Assembly (NCBI GenBank): GCA_050247195.1
Contig: JBFWUP010000001.1
Location: forward strand, 853,725-917,724
DNA from: Candidatus Melainabacteria bacterium
Lineage (GTDB): Bacteria; Cyanobacteriota; Vampirovibrionia; Vampirovibrionales; Vampirovibrionaceae
Reading direction: 5' to 3'
DNA length: 64,000 nucleotides
Made by a program: the position numbers and the translations under genes. This document shows positions 50,012 through 59,635 of the stretch, one piece after another. The notes beneath the pieces are model-generated. The model worked only from the letters and a program-made list of their open reading frames with translations. It did no database searches and was not told where the DNA came from. How positions within the stretch are numbered: the stretch's first letter is position 1; the number at the start of each line of letters is the position of its first letter.

Positions 50012-51475
50012 TCAGTGGTCAGTGAGGTCACTGTCCAGCATGGCGGGCGCCAGAATGGCATCCTGCATGCCGTGAATGATTTTTTTGTCGGCCGGACAGG
50101 CCGTGGCCAGGATGCCGCCCAGTTTCACCGCGTCTGCGCTGACCAGGTAATACGGGCAGAGGCGTGTGCGGACGCGCAGTTCCTGCTGCCTCCCAGTGTC
50201 CGGGTTCAGGCTGCGGATGGTTTGTACGGCTGTGTTTTCAAAGGGCTGCAGCACATACGGTGTGCTGGGAAAGGCCTTCAGCGCGGTGTCAATGGCATCA
50301 GCCCAGTCTCCCTGGGCCATATCATGCCCAATGGCCACCCCCCGGCTGCCCCAGGCCAGCGGGGAAAAACCGGAGGGCTTGATAACCAGCCGACGTCCTT
50401 TTTGCCCCAGGGTTTTCAGCGCCTCAAAACTTTGTATGGCGTTGCCCTCCGGGTTCAGGCCGGGGATCACGCCGGCGCCGGACAGGGGGGTGGGATCCAT
50501 AACCCAGGTGGGTGGGACGAGGCGCTTCAGCCAGTCAAAATCTTCGCCAAGCCGGCCCTGCCAGAAGGCTGCCAGCATGGGGTGATGCAGCAGCGCAAGG
50601 TTGAGTTTTTCCTCATGCACGGGCTTGTACGGGGGCGTGAGGGCAACCCAGCCTTTTTTCACGGCAAACTGTATCAGCTCCGCATTGGGAATGTTGGGCA
50701 GGTCAAAGAGTTCGAAAAACCGGTAGATTAAATCGATGGTCTGCGTGGTCCCTTCCGGCGTCCGCCACACGAGGGCTTCGCCCTGCAGCTGGAGTTCCCG
50801 AGGATGAACCACGGCGATACCGGGGTATTCTGCCTGAACGGCCTGGGTAAACCAGCGCCACTCGGGGCGGTAATCGCCCGCTTCGTCGGAAATCACCACA
50901 GCGATAAACGGTTGTCCGGTACGGGACTGTTTCTGGGCGGCATACCAGTTCAGCAGGCTGTCCAGCCACAGCCGGGGCAGGGGGTGAGGGCCTTCCAGCA
51001 CCGCAAACCCGCTTTCGCGGTAGGTGTGGTTGAGCATGGCCGTGAATCCCAGACCACCGGGTACGCTGTCAATTTCCGTCAGGGCGAAACCCGACTCGGT
51101 GATCAGCAGATCCGGCCGGAGGAGCATTGGCATGACGGGTTTTAAGCGTTTCATGGCGGCAAACTGCCGCAGGGCTTCCGGCTTACCGGCATCCAGCCAG
51201 GCGCTCACCCAGTCCGGCGCCCTGCCGGCCAGGCTATCTCGGTACAGGGTTTCCACCCCGCTGATAAACTGAACGAGCACGCCACCCAGGCGGTTCAGCG
51301 TCTGATGCTGGGTTCTGCTCAGGGTAAAGGGCTGTGCGGCCAGCACCCAGCCGGGCTGACCATTCTCTGCAGCGCCATACAGCGCCTGGTTTGGCAGCAG
51401 GGCCGGGTTCAGCGTCAGGCCGGTGGATCCGGCAGAAATGGGCGGGGTCGGGCAGGTCATCGTGCCCGGCATCAT
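50012..51475 (-). CDS. Circularly permuted ATP-grasp / glutathionylspermidine-synthase-like protein
   Basis: Start at MMPGTM (ATG 51475). The track's Arg-rich 185-aa N-terminal extension looks non-coding. Family assignment by overall resemblance only. Confidence 0.45.
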   Translation of the reverse strand: MMPGTMTCPTPPISAGSTGLTLNPALLPNQALYGAAENGQPGWVLAAQPFTLSRTQHQTLNRLGGVLVQFISGVETLYRDSLAGRAPDWVSAWLDAGKPEALRQFAAMKRLKPVMPMLLRPDLLITESGFALTEIDSVPGGLGFTAMLNHTYRESGFAVLEGPHPLPRLWLDSLLNWYAAQKQSRTGQPFIAVVISDEAGDYRPEWRWFTQAVQAEYPGIAVVHPRELQLQGEALVWRTPEGTTQTIDLIYRFFELFDLPNIPNAELIQFAVKKGWVALTPPYKPVHEEKLNLALLHHPMLAAFWQGRLGEDFDWLKRLVPPTWVMDPTPLSGAGVIPGLNPEGNAIQSFEALKTLGQKGRRLVIKPSGFSPLAWGSRGVAIGHDMAQGDWADAIDTALKAFPSTPYVLQPFENTAVQTIRSLNPDTGRQQELRVRTRLCPYYLVSADAVKLGGILATACPADKKIIHGMQDAILAPAMLDSDLTDH

Positions 51476-51631
51476 ACGGCAGAGACAACCGTCTGACCAG
51501 CGGGGCCGCCTGCTGCGGCGAGCGCTTCTCCTCCGGATGGACGGCATCGGGTGCCGGGCTGATGCTTTCAGACCTGCCGTTTTGCTATAATTGATCCGCA
51601 GCAGATCGGCGAAATCAGGGAAAAGACGGGC

Positions 51632-53512
51632 ATGTTCGGTCAGTCCAAAAACAAAGACAACGACCCTTCGGGCTCTCAGGGCATGGCTCCCGGTGGATCC
51701 CGCAGTCTGTTTGCCTCGGAGCTGAATATTGCGGCTGCCCCGGTTCGTTTCGGATTTGAACGGCAGGCGGCGGGTGCGCCGGCTTCCGTTGCGGACCCGT
51801 TGCCCGTTACAACGCCGGATGAAGAAGATTATCTGCCGGAGACCCTGCCTTACCTGCCGGATGATTTCAGCCCGACCGAAGCGGCAGAGCCCCGGTGGCA
51901 GGAAGACATGAATGCAGCGGGTTACGGCGATCTGCTGCAGGAAACCGCCGTTCAGTTTCCGCAGGAAGCGGCGCCTGAGGATGACCTGGAAGCATTGTTC
52001 TCGCCCACGGCCGAACCCCTGCCGCCGCACCTTAAAATGGCGCCCACCGTCTCAGAGCCGACGGTTCCGGATGTTCCACTCAGCCAGACAGTTACGCCGT
52101 ATGAGGTGGAAGACGCCCTGCACGAGGAAAACGGGGAAGAGGACTGGGGGCTGACAGGGGCGCAACCCATATCCCATCTGCCGCCCATGGCATCGCCGGT
52201 GGCCGAGCTGGAACTGATGCCGCCGCCTGCCGAGGATTTTCCGGCGGCGCTTTCCCCCGCGCCTGTTCAGCCGGTGCTGCAGCCGGATCCGGTCAGGGAA
52301 TCCGCCCCAGCCGAGCCTGTGAGTGACCCCTTTGCAGTGGATGCCGCCGGGGCATGGGAGGAAGATTTTTCAGCCGGTGATGCCGGTGATGCGTTTGGCG
52401 CGTTGCTGGAGACGGGCGCGCACAGCGATGGTCTGTCGGATTTTCTGAACGCGCCCGGTGCTGACGATACGTTTGCCACCGCCGCGTTTTCTGCTGCGGA
52501 TGAGGGTGTGTACTCCCTGCGCGACGACTTTGGCGTTGAGGACGATGACACGTTTGCACCCACGGGGGGTGCAGCCGCCGGGCCTTTTCAGACCAATGCT
52601 CAGACCAGTGCCGTGGGTGAAGGCGGCGGCGCTTTTCTCGACGGGGTGGAATCGGCGTATTACCCGGATGATTTCTCCCTGCTGAATGAGGATGTTCTGG
52701 CCGAAACCGAGACGGCGCTGGATGAAGCCGCCACGCTGCTGCTGCCGGATAACGAAGCCTTTGGCTTTGAAGAAACAACCCCTGAGATCTCATCGCCTGG
52801 CCTGTCGGTGGAAATGGCCGGGCTGCTGCCGGCGCCCGAGGAAGTGATTCCTGAGGTGATGCCGCCCCCGCCGGCGCCACTGGAGAATGACGCCGATGAT
52901 TTTGATTTTTATGAGCCGCTGGAGCCGGATGACTCCCTGCTGATTGATGTGACGAATCAGTCTGAGGACGACGTACCGCGCGCGCCGGGTTTTGATGACC
53001 TGGGCTGGGGAACTCCCGACCCGGCAGTTGACCCGTTTACCCCCACAGGCGCTGCGGCAGACATACCGAACGCTTTGTCTGAACTGTCTGAAGCGCCTGC
53101 CGCCCGGCCTGCCAGTCAGCCTGCGGTGCCGCCGCCCATGCCTCAACCGTCGGCAGCCGGTTTTGCCGGCCTGAGTGCTGACCTGTGCGCCGACCCGGAA
53201 CAGCTGCGGGTATTAAACGTGTGTGAACTGAGCCATGATAAACGGCTGCTTCTGGTGGAGACGGCCACGGACGCCGCCGGCCCGCCCCGTTTTGCCCTGA
53301 TGGCCCAATCCGGCGCCATGAGCAATCCCGAGATCGCCGTGCTCAAGATATTCGATCAGTCCCCCCTGATGCCTTCCGGCACTGAATTTAGCGCCATGCG
53401 CGAAGGGACGGCGGGCGACAAGGACATGTACATCACCCGTGTGGGCTCCTGGCAGGGCATCATCAGCAGTGATGAGGATGCCGTCATCCTGCATGCCGAA
53501 CTGAGCCGCTAG
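51632..53512 (+). CDS. Extremely acidic, Pro/Ala/Asp/Glu-rich low-complexity protein (626 aa) with about 110-aa C-terminal globular domain
   Basis: Continuous ORF with RBS-like GGGAAAAGACGGGC before the ATG. The C-terminal domain (...RLLLVETATDAAGPPRFALMAQSGAMSNPEIAVLKIFDQ...) is of unknown family. Confidence 0.55.
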   Translation: MFGQSKNKDNDPSGSQGMAPGGSRSLFASELNIAAAPVRFGFERQAAGAPASVADPLPVTTPDEEDYLPETLPYLPDDFSPTEAAEPRWQEDMNAAGYGDLLQETAVQFPQEAAPEDDLEALFSPTAEPLPPHLKMAPTVSEPTVPDVPLSQTVTPYEVEDALHEENGEEDWGLTGAQPISHLPPMASPVAELELMPPPAEDFPAALSPAPVQPVLQPDPVRESAPAEPVSDPFAVDAAGAWEEDFSAGDAGDAFGALLETGAHSDGLSDFLNAPGADDTFATAAFSAADEGVYSLRDDFGVEDDDTFAPTGGAAAGPFQTNAQTSAVGEGGGAFLDGVESAYYPDDFSLLNEDVLAETETALDEAATLLLPDNEAFGFEETTPEISSPGLSVEMAGLLPAPEEVIPEVMPPPPAPLENDADDFDFYEPLEPDDSLLIDVTNQSEDDVPRAPGFDDLGWGTPDPAVDPFTPTGAAADIPNALSELSEAPAARPASQPAVPPPMPQPSAAGFAGLSADLCADPEQLRVLNVCELSHDKRLLLVETATDAAGPPRFALMAQSGAMSNPEIAVLKIFDQSPLMPSGTEFSAMREGTAGDKDMYITRVGSWQGIISSDEDAVILHAELSR

Positions 53513-53548
53513 CCCGACGCCGGCGCTGTCTTGTGGTAAAGTGGTCCG

Positions 53549-54082
53549 ATGACCAGCAAGGATCATTTGTCGCTTGTGAACCCGGCGGAAAACCCCGCCA
53601 GGACCCTCGCCGGACATCTGACAGAACCCGCTTCCCCGCCGCGTTCGCTGGCGCAGTTTATTCAGCAGCGCCGGGAAGCCCGTGACCTGACGCAGCGTCA
53701 GCTTGCAGCCAGAACCCACCTGAGCGTGGAACAGATCCACGACATTGAAACCGGTATTGAACCGTTTCTGTCGCCTCTGGTGCGCTCGCGTCTGGCGCGT
53801 GTGCTGCGCGTAAAATCCTCGGAGATTCAGGCTTTTGAAGTGGTGCCGGCGCTCTCCGAATGGTCCGGCGACCCGTCGGAAGGAACACTGGCGACCCGCC
53901 GCCGTTGGGCGGCCAACCTGCTGGCGGCCATGGCGCGCGATCCCGGCGCGCTTCAGTCGTGCCCTTTGTGTCAGAGTCCGCTTTCCGTGCAGCAGTATGA
54001 ACGGCGCGATCTCAACAACGAGGTTCTGGATGTGCTGAAAGCGCACTGCACCCAGTGCCTCTTTCGTTTCACGTCGGACTGA
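53549..54082 (+). CDS. XRE-family HTH transcriptional regulator with C-terminal zinc-ribbon
   Basis: Cro/C1-type HTH (...LAQFIQQRREARDLTQRQLAARTHLSVEQIHDIETG...). Paired Cys-x-x-Cys motifs are CPLCQ...CTQC. Confidence 0.65.
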   Translation: MTSKDHLSLVNPAENPARTLAGHLTEPASPPRSLAQFIQQRREARDLTQRQLAARTHLSVEQIHDIETGIEPFLSPLVRSRLARVLRVKSSEIQAFEVVPALSEWSGDPSEGTLATRRRWAANLLAAMARDPGALQSCPLCQSPLSVQQYERRDLNNEVLDVLKAHCTQCLFRFTSD

Positions 54083-54098
54083 GACAGTTGAGGCCCGG

Positions 54099-54698
54099 TC
54101 AGCTGCCGAAAATCTGAATGATGTTTTTCATAAACCCGGCGGTCCAGGCGATAAACACGCCAAACATCAGGAAAGGCATGACCAGGACCGAGAGGGTTTG
54201 CTCCACATTCAGCGCGTAGGTGCGCGCCACGGCCATGCCAAACAAAATGGCGGACCAGGCCCACAGGCCCATGCTCAGGCAGATGCCGAGAAAACTGCCG
54301 GTGGCCCCCAGACTGTTTTCAATCAGCAGGGCAGGCGCCAGTAAAATCCACGGCAGGGTGGCCAGGCTGGAGAGCAGGAGAAACGGCTTGAAGCGGCCGT
54401 GGCCGCGGAAAGCAAACGCCATCAGGGCAATCACGGAAGCCATCAGCACCCAGCCCAGCAAACCAAGGAACCCATGCAACGGCATAATCAGCAGCAGGTT
54501 GTCATCCGTGGCGCCGCTCTGCATGGTATGCAGCGGCGGGGCGATGGCGGAAATCAGGAAGACAAGGATGAGGCCGTAAAGCAGATTGCGACCGGGCTCT
54601 TCCGTTTCAGCCATTTTTTCATAGGTGGTTTGCGGGTGGAACAGGCCATTGTAGACCAGTGTCAGAAAGCCATTCATCGCTGCTACTCCAGAATCCAC
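54099..54698 (-). CDS. Yip1-domain integral membrane protein
   Basis: Five transmembrane helices with Yip1-like topology. Start possibly ATG 54677. Confidence 0.5.
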   Translation of the reverse strand: MDSGVAAMNGFLTLVYNGLFHPQTTYEKMAETEEPGRNLLYGLILVFLISAIAPPLHTMQSGATDDNLLLIMPLHGFLGLLGWVLMASVIALMAFAFRGHGRFKPFLLLSSLATLPWILLAPALLIENSLGATGSFLGICLSMGLWAWSAILFGMAVARTYALNVEQTLSVLVMPFLMFGVFIAWTAGFMKNIIQIFGS

Positions 54699-55777
54699 AG
54701 CGGCTGGTTGGGATAGCGCACACTGAAGGGCAGCATGCCGCCCAGAACTTCGGCGCTCGCCATATCAGCGCCGCTGGCGCTGCGTGGCGCCGGCAGGTGC
54801 TGCATCAGGGTGGGCAGTCCCAGCATTTCCAGCAGGGTGGCGTGCTCTTCAAAAGGCACCAGTGGCAGCTGTTTGTCGCCGGAGAGGTGATGACGCTCTT
54901 TCGCCATTTTATTGGTCAGCTCGTATGCGGCTTTCAGATCGCCCAGTTCATCGGCCAGGCCGGCTGCAATGGCCTGACGGCCGCTGACAACCCGGCCATC
55001 GGCAATGGCCTTGATTTTGGCCGTGAGCGCCGCTTTCTTGACGGGGTCTTTGACAAAGCGGGTGCGGCCTTCAAGCACTGTGCTGAGAAAATCAGCATAG
55101 CTGTCGTCAATAATGCCCTGGATCAGCTTCTTGTCGTCCTCGGTGGGTTGGCGGTAGGGTGAGAGAATGTCCTTAAACTTGCCGCTTTTAATGGTGACCG
55201 GCTGCAGACCCAGTTTGTCCTCAAACAGGCGCTGCATGTTAATGGTGCTGATGATGACACCGATAGAGGCGGTCAGGGTGCCTGGGTTGGTGACAATTTT
55301 GTCGGCCGCGCAGGCGGTGTAGTAACCCCCGCTGGCGGCGGTATCGCCAAAGCTGGCCACCACCGGCTTTTTAAGGCTGACACGTCTGACGGCCGCATTC
55401 AGTTCCTGGCTCATACCCACCGTACCGCCCGGTGAGTTGACGCGCAGCAGTACGGCTTTGACCCTGGGTTCTTTTTCCGCCTTGTTCAGGGCTTTCAGGG
55501 CTTTCATGGCGTTGGTGTCGGAATCAAACAGGCCGCTGGAATCGCCCGGGGCGTCCATGGTGATAGGGCCGGAGAGATCGACCAGCATGATCTGGTCGCC
55601 TTTTTTTTCAAACAGGGAAGAGACCGAGCCGTCGAGTTCTTCGGCGTTGCTGGGCGGCGGCGCTTTGGTGCGCACCGCGTTAAATACACCCAGGCCCAGC
55701 GCCAGCAGACACACCACGAGAATGGACAGAGCCACTTTATTGGGGGAATTCAGAAAATCGTTGTCCTCAACGCTCAC
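54683..55777 (-). CDS. sppA: Signal peptide peptidase SppA (36K type)
   Basis: ClpP/crotonase fold with Ser-Lys dyad region (...GDTAASGGYY...). GTG at 55777 is preceded by a strong AAGGAGG 7 nt upstream. The track's extension to 55885 has no SD. Confidence 0.8.
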   Translation of the reverse strand: MSVEDNDFLNSPNKVALSILVVCLLALGLGVFNAVRTKAPPPSNAEELDGSVSSLFEKKGDQIMLVDLSGPITMDAPGDSSGLFDSDTNAMKALKALNKAEKEPRVKAVLLRVNSPGGTVGMSQELNAAVRRVSLKKPVVASFGDTAASGGYYTACAADKIVTNPGTLTASIGVIISTINMQRLFEDKLGLQPVTIKSGKFKDILSPYRQPTEDDKKLIQGIIDDSYADFLSTVLEGRTRFVKDPVKKAALTAKIKAIADGRVVSGRQAIAAGLADELGDLKAAYELTNKMAKERHHLSGDKQLPLVPFEEHATLLEMLGLPTLMQHLPAPRSASGADMASAEVLGGMLPFSVRYPNQPLWILE

Positions 55778-55959
55778 GGGGATGCCTCCTTTGCCCGGCC
55801 CGGGCAGAACCTGCACCGTATCATTGTAGCGTATGTTTGCCACTTGCTGGCTTGGGCAGCATCTAAAAAAACCGAGTATAGACACCTATACAAGACAAAA
55901 ATCAAACGATACCCTGATGACATCAAATGAATTTTCGATATGTGATCAGGAGAACAGAG

Positions 55960-57606
55960 ATGGTTGCCAAGGTGTTTACAGGGTGTCTCAGCGGGCTGGA
56001 TGCCCACCCGGTGACGGTGGAGGTGGATCTCAACAACGGTATTCCCGGCCTGACGATTGTGGGCCTGCCGGATACCGGAGTGAATGAATCCAGGGAACGT
56101 GTGAAGTCCGCCGTAAAAAACAGCGGGTTCGCCTTTCCGCTGAAAAAAATCATCATTAACCTCGCGCCCGCCGCCCTGCGCAAAGAGGGGACCGGTTTTG
56201 ATCTGCCGCTGTGTGTGGCGATACTGCTGGCCGGTGAGTTGCTTGCGCCCACCGAGTTTCTGGATCAGACCTGTTTTGTGGGGGAGGTCTCGCTGGAGGG
56301 CAGCATCCGTCCGGTCAGCGGTGCGCTCTCCATGGCGCTGATGGCCCGGGCAGAAGGGTTCCGCTACCTGGTGGTGCCGGCTGAAAATGTACGGGAAGCA
56401 TCCCTGGTGGAGGGCATTGAGGTGTTCGGCCTCCGGCATCTCAGTGAACTCCCCGTTTTCTTCCTGCACCCACATTCCTATGCCGAACCGGTGGATCATC
56501 AGGCCGTGCTGACCGAGGCGCGCGAGGGCCAGTGCCGCGCCCAGATTGATTTTGCCGATGTGAAAGGACAAACGGCCTGTAAACGCGCCCTGGAAATCGC
56601 CGCCGCCGGCGGTCACAACCTGCTGATGATGGGACCGCCGGGCAGCGGAAAATCCATGCTGGCTAAGGCGTTTGCCGGTATTCTGCCGCCCATGACGTTT
56701 GATGAAACCCTGGCGGTCAGCCGCATCTACTCGGTGGCCAATCTGTTGCCAGCCGGCCAGAGCCTGATTGTGAACCGCCCTTTCCGCTCGCCGCACCACG
56801 GGGCCTCCAAGGCGGGGCTGACCGGTGGCGGCAGCCAGCCCAAACCCGGAGAAATCACCCTGGCGCACCACGGCGTGCTGTTTCTGGATGAGTTTGTAGA
56901 ATTTCCCCGCTCCGTGCTGGAGGTGCTGCGCCAGCCGATTGAAGACGGCACCGTGACCATCAGCCGCGCGCAGCAGAGCATGACGTATCCGGCGCAGTTT
57001 CAGCTGGTTGCCGCCATGAATCCCTGCCCCTGCGGTTATTTCGGGGATTCCGGCAAGGGGTGCACATGCCCCGAACTTCAGATATTCCGCTATCTGCACC
57101 GTATTTCAGGCCCGCTTCTGGACCGGATAGATATTCACCTGGAGGTGCCCCGTCTGCAGGAGAATGAGCTGCTCAGCCCGGCATCGCAACTGGGTTCGGT
57201 GGAATCGTCTGAAACGGTCAGGGAGCGGGTGATTGCCGCCCGCCAGATTCAGCTGGCGCGCTTTGCCGGAACCGGCCGGTTCACCAATGCCACCATGACA
57301 AGCCGCGAAATTCAGACGCACTGTGCTCTGGATGATACCTCCCGGCAGTTGCTGAAGCGCGCTGTGCAGAAGATGAATCTCTCCGCCCGCGCTTTTGACC
57401 GGATACTGAGGCTGGCGCGAACCATTGCGGACCTGGGCGCCGCAGAGCGTATCAGCAGCGCCCATGTGGCCGAAGCGCTGCAGTACCGCGCCGTGGACAA
57501 GCTCTTTCAGCAGCAGCGCCTCCGCCAGTTACAGAAAAAACCCGCCGACACGCCTGCTGAGTCCGATCCCCGCCTCAGCGGGGACTCCGTCCTGGTTGCT
57601 GTTTAG
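55960..57606 (+). CDS. yifB: Mg-chelatase-like AAA+ ATPase YifB/ComM
   Basis: Lon-like N-terminal domain, Walker A GPPGSGKS and ChlI-type C-terminus. Start at MVAKVFTG. Confidence 0.85.
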   Translation: MVAKVFTGCLSGLDAHPVTVEVDLNNGIPGLTIVGLPDTGVNESRERVKSAVKNSGFAFPLKKIIINLAPAALRKEGTGFDLPLCVAILLAGELLAPTEFLDQTCFVGEVSLEGSIRPVSGALSMALMARAEGFRYLVVPAENVREASLVEGIEVFGLRHLSELPVFFLHPHSYAEPVDHQAVLTEAREGQCRAQIDFADVKGQTACKRALEIAAAGGHNLLMMGPPGSGKSMLAKAFAGILPPMTFDETLAVSRIYSVANLLPAGQSLIVNRPFRSPHHGASKAGLTGGGSQPKPGEITLAHHGVLFLDEFVEFPRSVLEVLRQPIEDGTVTISRAQQSMTYPAQFQLVAAMNPCPCGYFGDSGKGCTCPELQIFRYLHRISGPLLDRIDIHLEVPRLQENELLSPASQLGSVESSETVRERVIAARQIQLARFAGTGRFTNATMTSREIQTHCALDDTSRQLLKRAVQKMNLSARAFDRILRLARTIADLGAAERISSAHVAEALQYRAVDKLFQQQRLRQLQKKPADTPAESDPRLSGDSVLVAV

Positions 57607-57661
57607 GTCCTGTTTTCCTACAATGGTCCTACTTGCTGCCCTCACCTGGATTTTTCTTTGC

Positions 57662-59635
57662 ATGACCGGCCTCCCTGATTCCGCTGCACATTGCGGCCTG
57701 CCACTTACCGGTACGGCTGAAAGCGTTGATGTGATTGTGATTGGCGCTGGCCATGCGGGCATTGAAGCGGCGGTGGCCGCTGCCCGGCTGGGCTGTAAAA
57801 CCCTCCTGATGACCATGAATCTGGACACGATCGGCCAGATGAGTTGTAACCCTGCCATCGGCGGTCCGGCCAAAAGCCAGCTGGTTAAAGAGGTGGATGC
57901 CCTGGGTGGGGTGATGGGACTCTGCGCGGATGCGACCTACCTGCAGATGAAAACCCTGAACGCCAGCAAGGGCCCGGCGGTGCGCGCGCTGCGCGCCCAG
58001 TCGGACAAAGCCGAGTACCGGGCTTATGCCCGCATGCTGGTGGAGGCCGAACCCAATCTGTCTGTTCGTCAGACGATGATTACCCGCATTCTGACCGAAC
58101 CCAGTACACAACGCTTTCTGGGCGTGGAGGACAATCTCGGCATTGTTTACCAGGCTGCAGCGCTGGTGGTCACCACCGGAACGTTTCTGAACGGCCGGCT
58201 GTGGGTGGGTGAGAAAAGCGTGGGCGGCGGCCGCCCGGGCGAGGGGCCTGCCGGTGGTTTAACAGCCAGTCTGGCGGCTCTCGGGCTGACCACGGGCCGC
58301 CTGAAAACCGGAACCCCGCCGCGGCTGGATGGCCGCACAATTGACTACCAGGGCCTGGAAGTACACCCGGGCGATACCGATGTCCGCCATTTTTCGTTTC
58401 TGCCCGATCGCCCTGTGCTGCCCCAGATGCCCTGTCATCTCACGCGCACCAGCGAGGCCACCCACCGTCTGATTGACGCCAACCTGCACCGCTCGCCGAT
58501 GATGGCAGGCTTGATGGAAGCGGATACGGGGCCCCGGTATTGTCCCTCGATTGAGGACAAGGTGACGCGCTTCCGCGACAAGGACAGCCATCATCTGTTT
58601 ATTGAGCCCGAGGGCCGGCAGACCTACGAAGTATACCTGCAGGGTTTTTCCACCTGCCTGCCCTATGATGTGCAGGTGGCCATGGTGAACACCCTGCCCG
58701 GGCTGGAGGCCGCCAGAATTATCCGGCCCGCCTGCGCGGTGGAATATGATTATTTCCCCGCCTACCAGCTGTATCCGTCGCTGATGGCCAAAGCGGCGCC
58801 CGGCATCTTTCTGGCTGGTCAGATTAATGGCACCAGCGGGTATGAAGAGGCGGCTGCCCAGGGTCTTGTGGCCGGCATTAACGCTGCCCGGTATGCCGGC
58901 GATCAGGAACCCCTCGTGCTGAGCCGCGACTCTTCTTATATGGGTACGCTGATCGATGATCTGGTGACCAAGGAAATCCGAGAGCCCTACCGGATGTTGA
59001 CTTCGCGCAGCGAGTATCGCCTGCTGCTCCGCCAGGATAATGCCGATCAGCGGCTGACGCCCATCGGACGCGGAATAGGTCTGGTGGATGCTCACCGCTG
59101 GGAGGTTTTTGAACGGAAGGGTACGGCGATTGAGAATACCCGTGAACTCCTCAGGAGGACAAAAGTGCTGCCCTCGCCCACCAATAACCAGCGCCTGAAC
59201 GGGCTGGCTGGTGAGAGTGTGGAAGAGAAAACGTCGGTCTTCCAGTTGCTCAAACGCCCTTCTCTCAACCTCGGGATTCTGACACAGCTTGAATGCGAGG
59301 GTGATGCGACGTCACTCAGAGCCATACCGGCGGATGTGGCGGAATACGTCACGACGGAAATTCAGTATGAAGGCTACATTCAGCGCCAGACGCGCACCAT
59401 CGCCAAACAGAGTGACGCGCAGCGTATGACGCTGCCGGCGGAGCTCGATTACCAGGGGATTGCCCAGTTATCCAACGAGGCCCGAGAAAAGCTGGGACGG
59501 CTGAGGCCGGTCACCCTGGGGCAGGCGGCGGCGATTCCGGGCATCACGCCGGCCGATATCGGCGTGCTGCAGGTGATGCTTTCCCGGTCAAAAAAAGAAC
59601 CTCTGTCCACGTTGCCGCCGCTGGCCGTCGTCTGA
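57662..59635 (+). CDS. mnmG: tRNA uridine 5-carboxymethylaminomethyl modification enzyme MnmG (GidA)
   Basis: FAD-binding motif DVIVIGAGHAGIEAA and conserved MnmG core and C-terminus. ATG at 57662 chosen; the track's upstream extension overlaps yifB. Confidence 0.85.
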   Translation: MTGLPDSAAHCGLPLTGTAESVDVIVIGAGHAGIEAAVAAARLGCKTLLMTMNLDTIGQMSCNPAIGGPAKSQLVKEVDALGGVMGLCADATYLQMKTLNASKGPAVRALRAQSDKAEYRAYARMLVEAEPNLSVRQTMITRILTEPSTQRFLGVEDNLGIVYQAAALVVTTGTFLNGRLWVGEKSVGGGRPGEGPAGGLTASLAALGLTTGRLKTGTPPRLDGRTIDYQGLEVHPGDTDVRHFSFLPDRPVLPQMPCHLTRTSEATHRLIDANLHRSPMMAGLMEADTGPRYCPSIEDKVTRFRDKDSHHLFIEPEGRQTYEVYLQGFSTCLPYDVQVAMVNTLPGLEAARIIRPACAVEYDYFPAYQLYPSLMAKAAPGIFLAGQINGTSGYEEAAAQGLVAGINAARYAGDQEPLVLSRDSSYMGTLIDDLVTKEIREPYRMLTSRSEYRLLLRQDNADQRLTPIGRGIGLVDAHRWEVFERKGTAIENTRELLRRTKVLPSPTNNQRLNGLAGESVEEKTSVFQLLKRPSLNLGILTQLECEGDATSLRAIPADVAEYVTTEIQYEGYIQRQTRTIAKQSDAQRMTLPAELDYQGIAQLSNEAREKLGRLRPVTLGQAAAIPGITPADIGVLQVMLSRSKKEPLSTLPPLAVV

